64,000 bases of DNA from NCBI GenBank assembly GCA_965223855.1, contig CBDCXM010000009.1, forward strand, positions 2,656,001 to 2,720,000, given 5' to 3'. Source of the DNA: Candidatus Multivoradales bacterium (GTDB lineage Bacteria > Acidobacteriota > Thermoanaerobaculia > Multivoradales > JAHEKO01). The stretch's first letter is position 1. Each line of letters starts with the position of its first letter. Under the pieces are notes generated by a model. It ran no database searches. It saw nothing but the letters and a program-made list of their open reading frames with translations, and had not been told where the DNA came from. Shown here piece by piece: positions 61,909-64,000 of the stretch. The position numbers were made by a program, and so were the translations under genes.

Positions 61909-63043
61909 GGGGGTTCGGGGCGGAATCGCACGGCTGCTGGTATCGACCCTCGTCCTGGCGGTCCTGTCGACAGCAGCGGAAGCGTCGTCGGGCCGGGTCG
62001 ATCGCGAGACGGCGTCCCGCTTTGCCGCCCTCGCTCTCGATTGCGTCCACCGCGAGTACCCGAACAAGATCGCCCACGTGCTCGCCTCGGACGATGACGC
62101 CCGTCCGCCGCGCGAGCTGACGCCGGCGTTCAAGGGGTGCTACGACTGGCACTCCGCCGTCCACGGGCACTGGCTGCTGGCCCGTCTCGCGCGGCAGTTC
62201 CCGGAAAGTGAGTTCGCACCTGAGGCGCTTCGGGCTCTGGCGATCAGCCTGACGCCCGAGAAGCTGGCGGCCGAGGCCGCGTACCTGGCTGCGGACGGGC
62301 GCCAGGGGTTCGAGCGGCCCTACGGCCTGGCCTGGCTGCTGCAGCTGGCGGCGGAGCTCCACGAATGGCAATCCGTTCCCGGAGGGGAGCTGGCCGCGGT
62401 CTGGCGCGAGGCGCTCGAGCCGCTGGAGAAGGAAGCTTCAGCGCGTCTGGCGAGCTGGATCCCCAAGCTGACCCATCCGATTCGCATCGGCGAGCATGCA
62501 CAGACCGCCTTCGCGTTCGGGCTGATCCTCGACTGGGCGCGGACGGTAGGCGACCACGAGATGGAGGCCCTGCTCGTCGAGCGAAGCCTCGCCTTCCACG
62601 AGGGCGACCGCGCCTGCCCGCTGGCCTACGAGCCGTCCGGGCACGACTTCCTCTCACCGTGCATCGCCGAGGCCGATCTGATGCGCCGCGTGCTGGAGCC
62701 GGAAGCGTTCGCAGCGTGGCTGACCGGCTTCCTGCCCGGGATTCCCGCCACGCCGGAGGCGGATTGGCTGCCCCCGGCGGTGGTCAGCGACCGCTCGGAC
62801 GGCAAGCTCGCCCATCTCGACGGCCTCAACCTCAGTCGCGCCTGGATGCTCGAGGGGGTGGCGACGGCGCTCGCGGCCACGGACCCGCGGCGCGCGGCGC
62901 TGGAGGCCGCGGTCGAGGCGCACCGAGTCGCCGGGCTGGCGTCCGTGACCGGTGAGCACTACGAGGGGGGGCACTGGCTCGGCAGTTTTGCCACCTACCT
63001 CGAGACTGCCCGCGGCCTCCCCGCCGATCCCCGGAGCGACTGA
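61901..63043 (+). CDS. DUF2891-like protein
   Basis: EYPNK, FKGCYDWHSAVHGHW, FERPYGLAW, DFLSP, HLDGLNLSRAW, GHWLGSFA. Confidence 0.85.
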   Translation: MAEGVRGGIARLLVSTLVLAVLSTAAEASSGRVDRETASRFAALALDCVHREYPNKIAHVLASDDDARPPRELTPAFKGCYDWHSAVHGHWLLARLARQFPESEFAPEALRALAISLTPEKLAAEAAYLAADGRQGFERPYGLAWLLQLAAELHEWQSVPGGELAAVWREALEPLEKEASARLASWIPKLTHPIRIGEHAQTAFAFGLILDWARTVGDHEMEALLVERSLAFHEGDRACPLAYEPSGHDFLSPCIAEADLMRRVLEPEAFAAWLTGFLPGIPATPEADWLPPAVVSDRSDGKLAHLDGLNLSRAWMLEGVATALAATDPRRAALEAAVEAHRVAGLASVTGEHYEGGHWLGSFATYLETARGLPADPRSD

Positions 63044-63046
63044 GCG

Positions 63047-63586
63047 CTACCTGATCCGGAAGTGGACGAGGGCGCCGAAGGTGATCGAGTCCGAGTCGGC
63101 GCCGAACACGCTCCCGAACTTGTCGGTCTCGTAGTTGGCGTTGATGTCGAGGTGGATCCTCGGCAGCAGCAGCAGGTCGAGGCCGAGGCGGCCGATGAAG
63201 TAGGGATCGGACGCGTCCTCGCTGCTGGCGAGATTGTCGGGGTAGAAGTCGATCGCCACTCCGGCGCCCCCGTAGAGAGTCCCGCCGAGGAGCACCAGAG
63301 CCTTCGGCGAGATCACCTCACCGGTCTCCGGGAGGTAGCCGTCTTCGATGTACTCGAGGTCGAACTCGAAACGGAAGAGACCCGCCGGGTTGACGCCGTA
63401 GGCGAGCACCAGCGAGTTGCCGCTGTCCTCGATGCTCCCAAGGTCGCCGATGTTGACGTCGTCGGCGGTCTCGAAGAAGCGCACGCCGCCGCCGAGCGTG
63501 TGCTCCGCCGCGCGCGCGGAGGCGGGCAGGCAGACGAGCAGGCCTACTAGGGCGGCGAGGAAGCGGGACGGTGTGAGGCGGCGCAT
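63047..63586 (-). CDS. Small outer-membrane beta-barrel protein
   Basis: Signal peptide, alternating beta-strand pattern, aromatic C-terminal strand (ITFGALVHFRIR). Confidence 0.75.
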   Translation of the reverse strand: MRRLTPSRFLAALVGLLVCLPASARAAEHTLGGGVRFFETADDVNIGDLGSIEDSGNSLVLAYGVNPAGLFRFEFDLEYIEDGYLPETGEVISPKALVLLGGTLYGGAGVAIDFYPDNLASSEDASDPYFIGRLGLDLLLLPRIHLDINANYETDKFGSVFGADSDSITFGALVHFRIR

Positions 63587-63667
63587 GGGATCTCCTTTCA
63601 CGGCCTCTCGACGAGGCGTCGGCGAACTCTCTCATCGCGGCCGCCGTGGCAGGCCGCCGGCTCGGCT

Positions 63668-63696
63668 ACGCTACGCACCCCGCGCAGGTTCCACAA
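63668..63696 (-). promoter_or_regulatory. Putative sigma70 promoter for the beta-barrel gene
   Basis: Minus strand TTGTGG - 17 nt - TAGCGT; adjacent hairpin at 63695-63720. Confidence 0.4.
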
Positions 63697-63777
63697 GGGC
63701 GGTATTGCCTGGCCGCCTTTCACAACAGCCGGCTTCCGCAGAGTCTTCCGTTGCGATGTCCGGGCCGATCGGTTCCG

Positions 63778-64000
63778 TCAGCGGCGTGACTCTCCCGCAC
63801 CCTCGCCGAAGTAGAAGGGACTCGTCCAGGCGGCGTGACCGTCGACCTGAACGACCCTCAGGTAGAGGTACTCGCCGGCCTTCAGCTCCTGGATCTCCGT
63901 CGTCAGTCGTGCGAGCGGACTCCCGTCTCCGGGCCGCGAGAGCACGATCTCCCCGCTGCGAACGAGATCGATTCGCTCGATGGGGGCCGTGCCGACGACC
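63778..64000 (-). CDS. C-terminal fragment of a DUF3604/PHP-like metallohydrolase (partial)
   Basis: Manual translation VGTAPIERIDLVR...YLYLRVVQVDGHAAWTSPFYF, ending at TGA 63778. Confidence 0.65.
   Translation of the reverse strand, partial: VVGTAPIERIDLVRSGEIVLSRPGDGSPLARLTTEIQELKAGEYLYLRVVQVDGHAAWTSPFYFGEGAGESRR

Overview
High-GC bacterial chromosomal window (roughly 70% GC by eye). It is densely coding, with about 60 real CDS; most long ORFs in the supplied track are antisense or shadow frames. Lineage is inferred, not proven, as Acidobacteriota (Thermoanaerobaculia-like), from the gene repertoire and the C-terminal FxDGFESGD tails. The content is mostly housekeeping or metabolic: a complete System I cytochrome c maturation operon (ccmABCDEFGHI, including a 49-aa ccmD missing from the ORF track), tal-pgi-pgl, rnhA, apt, murJ-rpiB, a split ATP-dependent oxoprolinase/hydantoinase with an NRAMP-like transporter, trxB-AAA-VWA-tag, ferritin, psd, tsaB/mutS, ssb, dtd and several secreted hydrolases. 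I saw no rRNA, tRNA, CRISPR array, transposase or prophage. Best leads: (1) two unrelated secreted proteins 50 kb apart end in the same 19-aa tail (I/L)FxDGFESGDTxxW-x5-stop, a candidate uncharacterised sorting or anchoring signal; (2) an aldo-keto reductase-Rid fusion in an operon with APC and MFS transporters; (3) tandem palindromic repeats in the leader of a short S1 paralog, opposite a small wHTH-like ORF; (4) recurrent leaderless-type promoters, including tsaB and mutS diverging across only 23 bp. All calls come from motif recognition by eye; no database searches were run.
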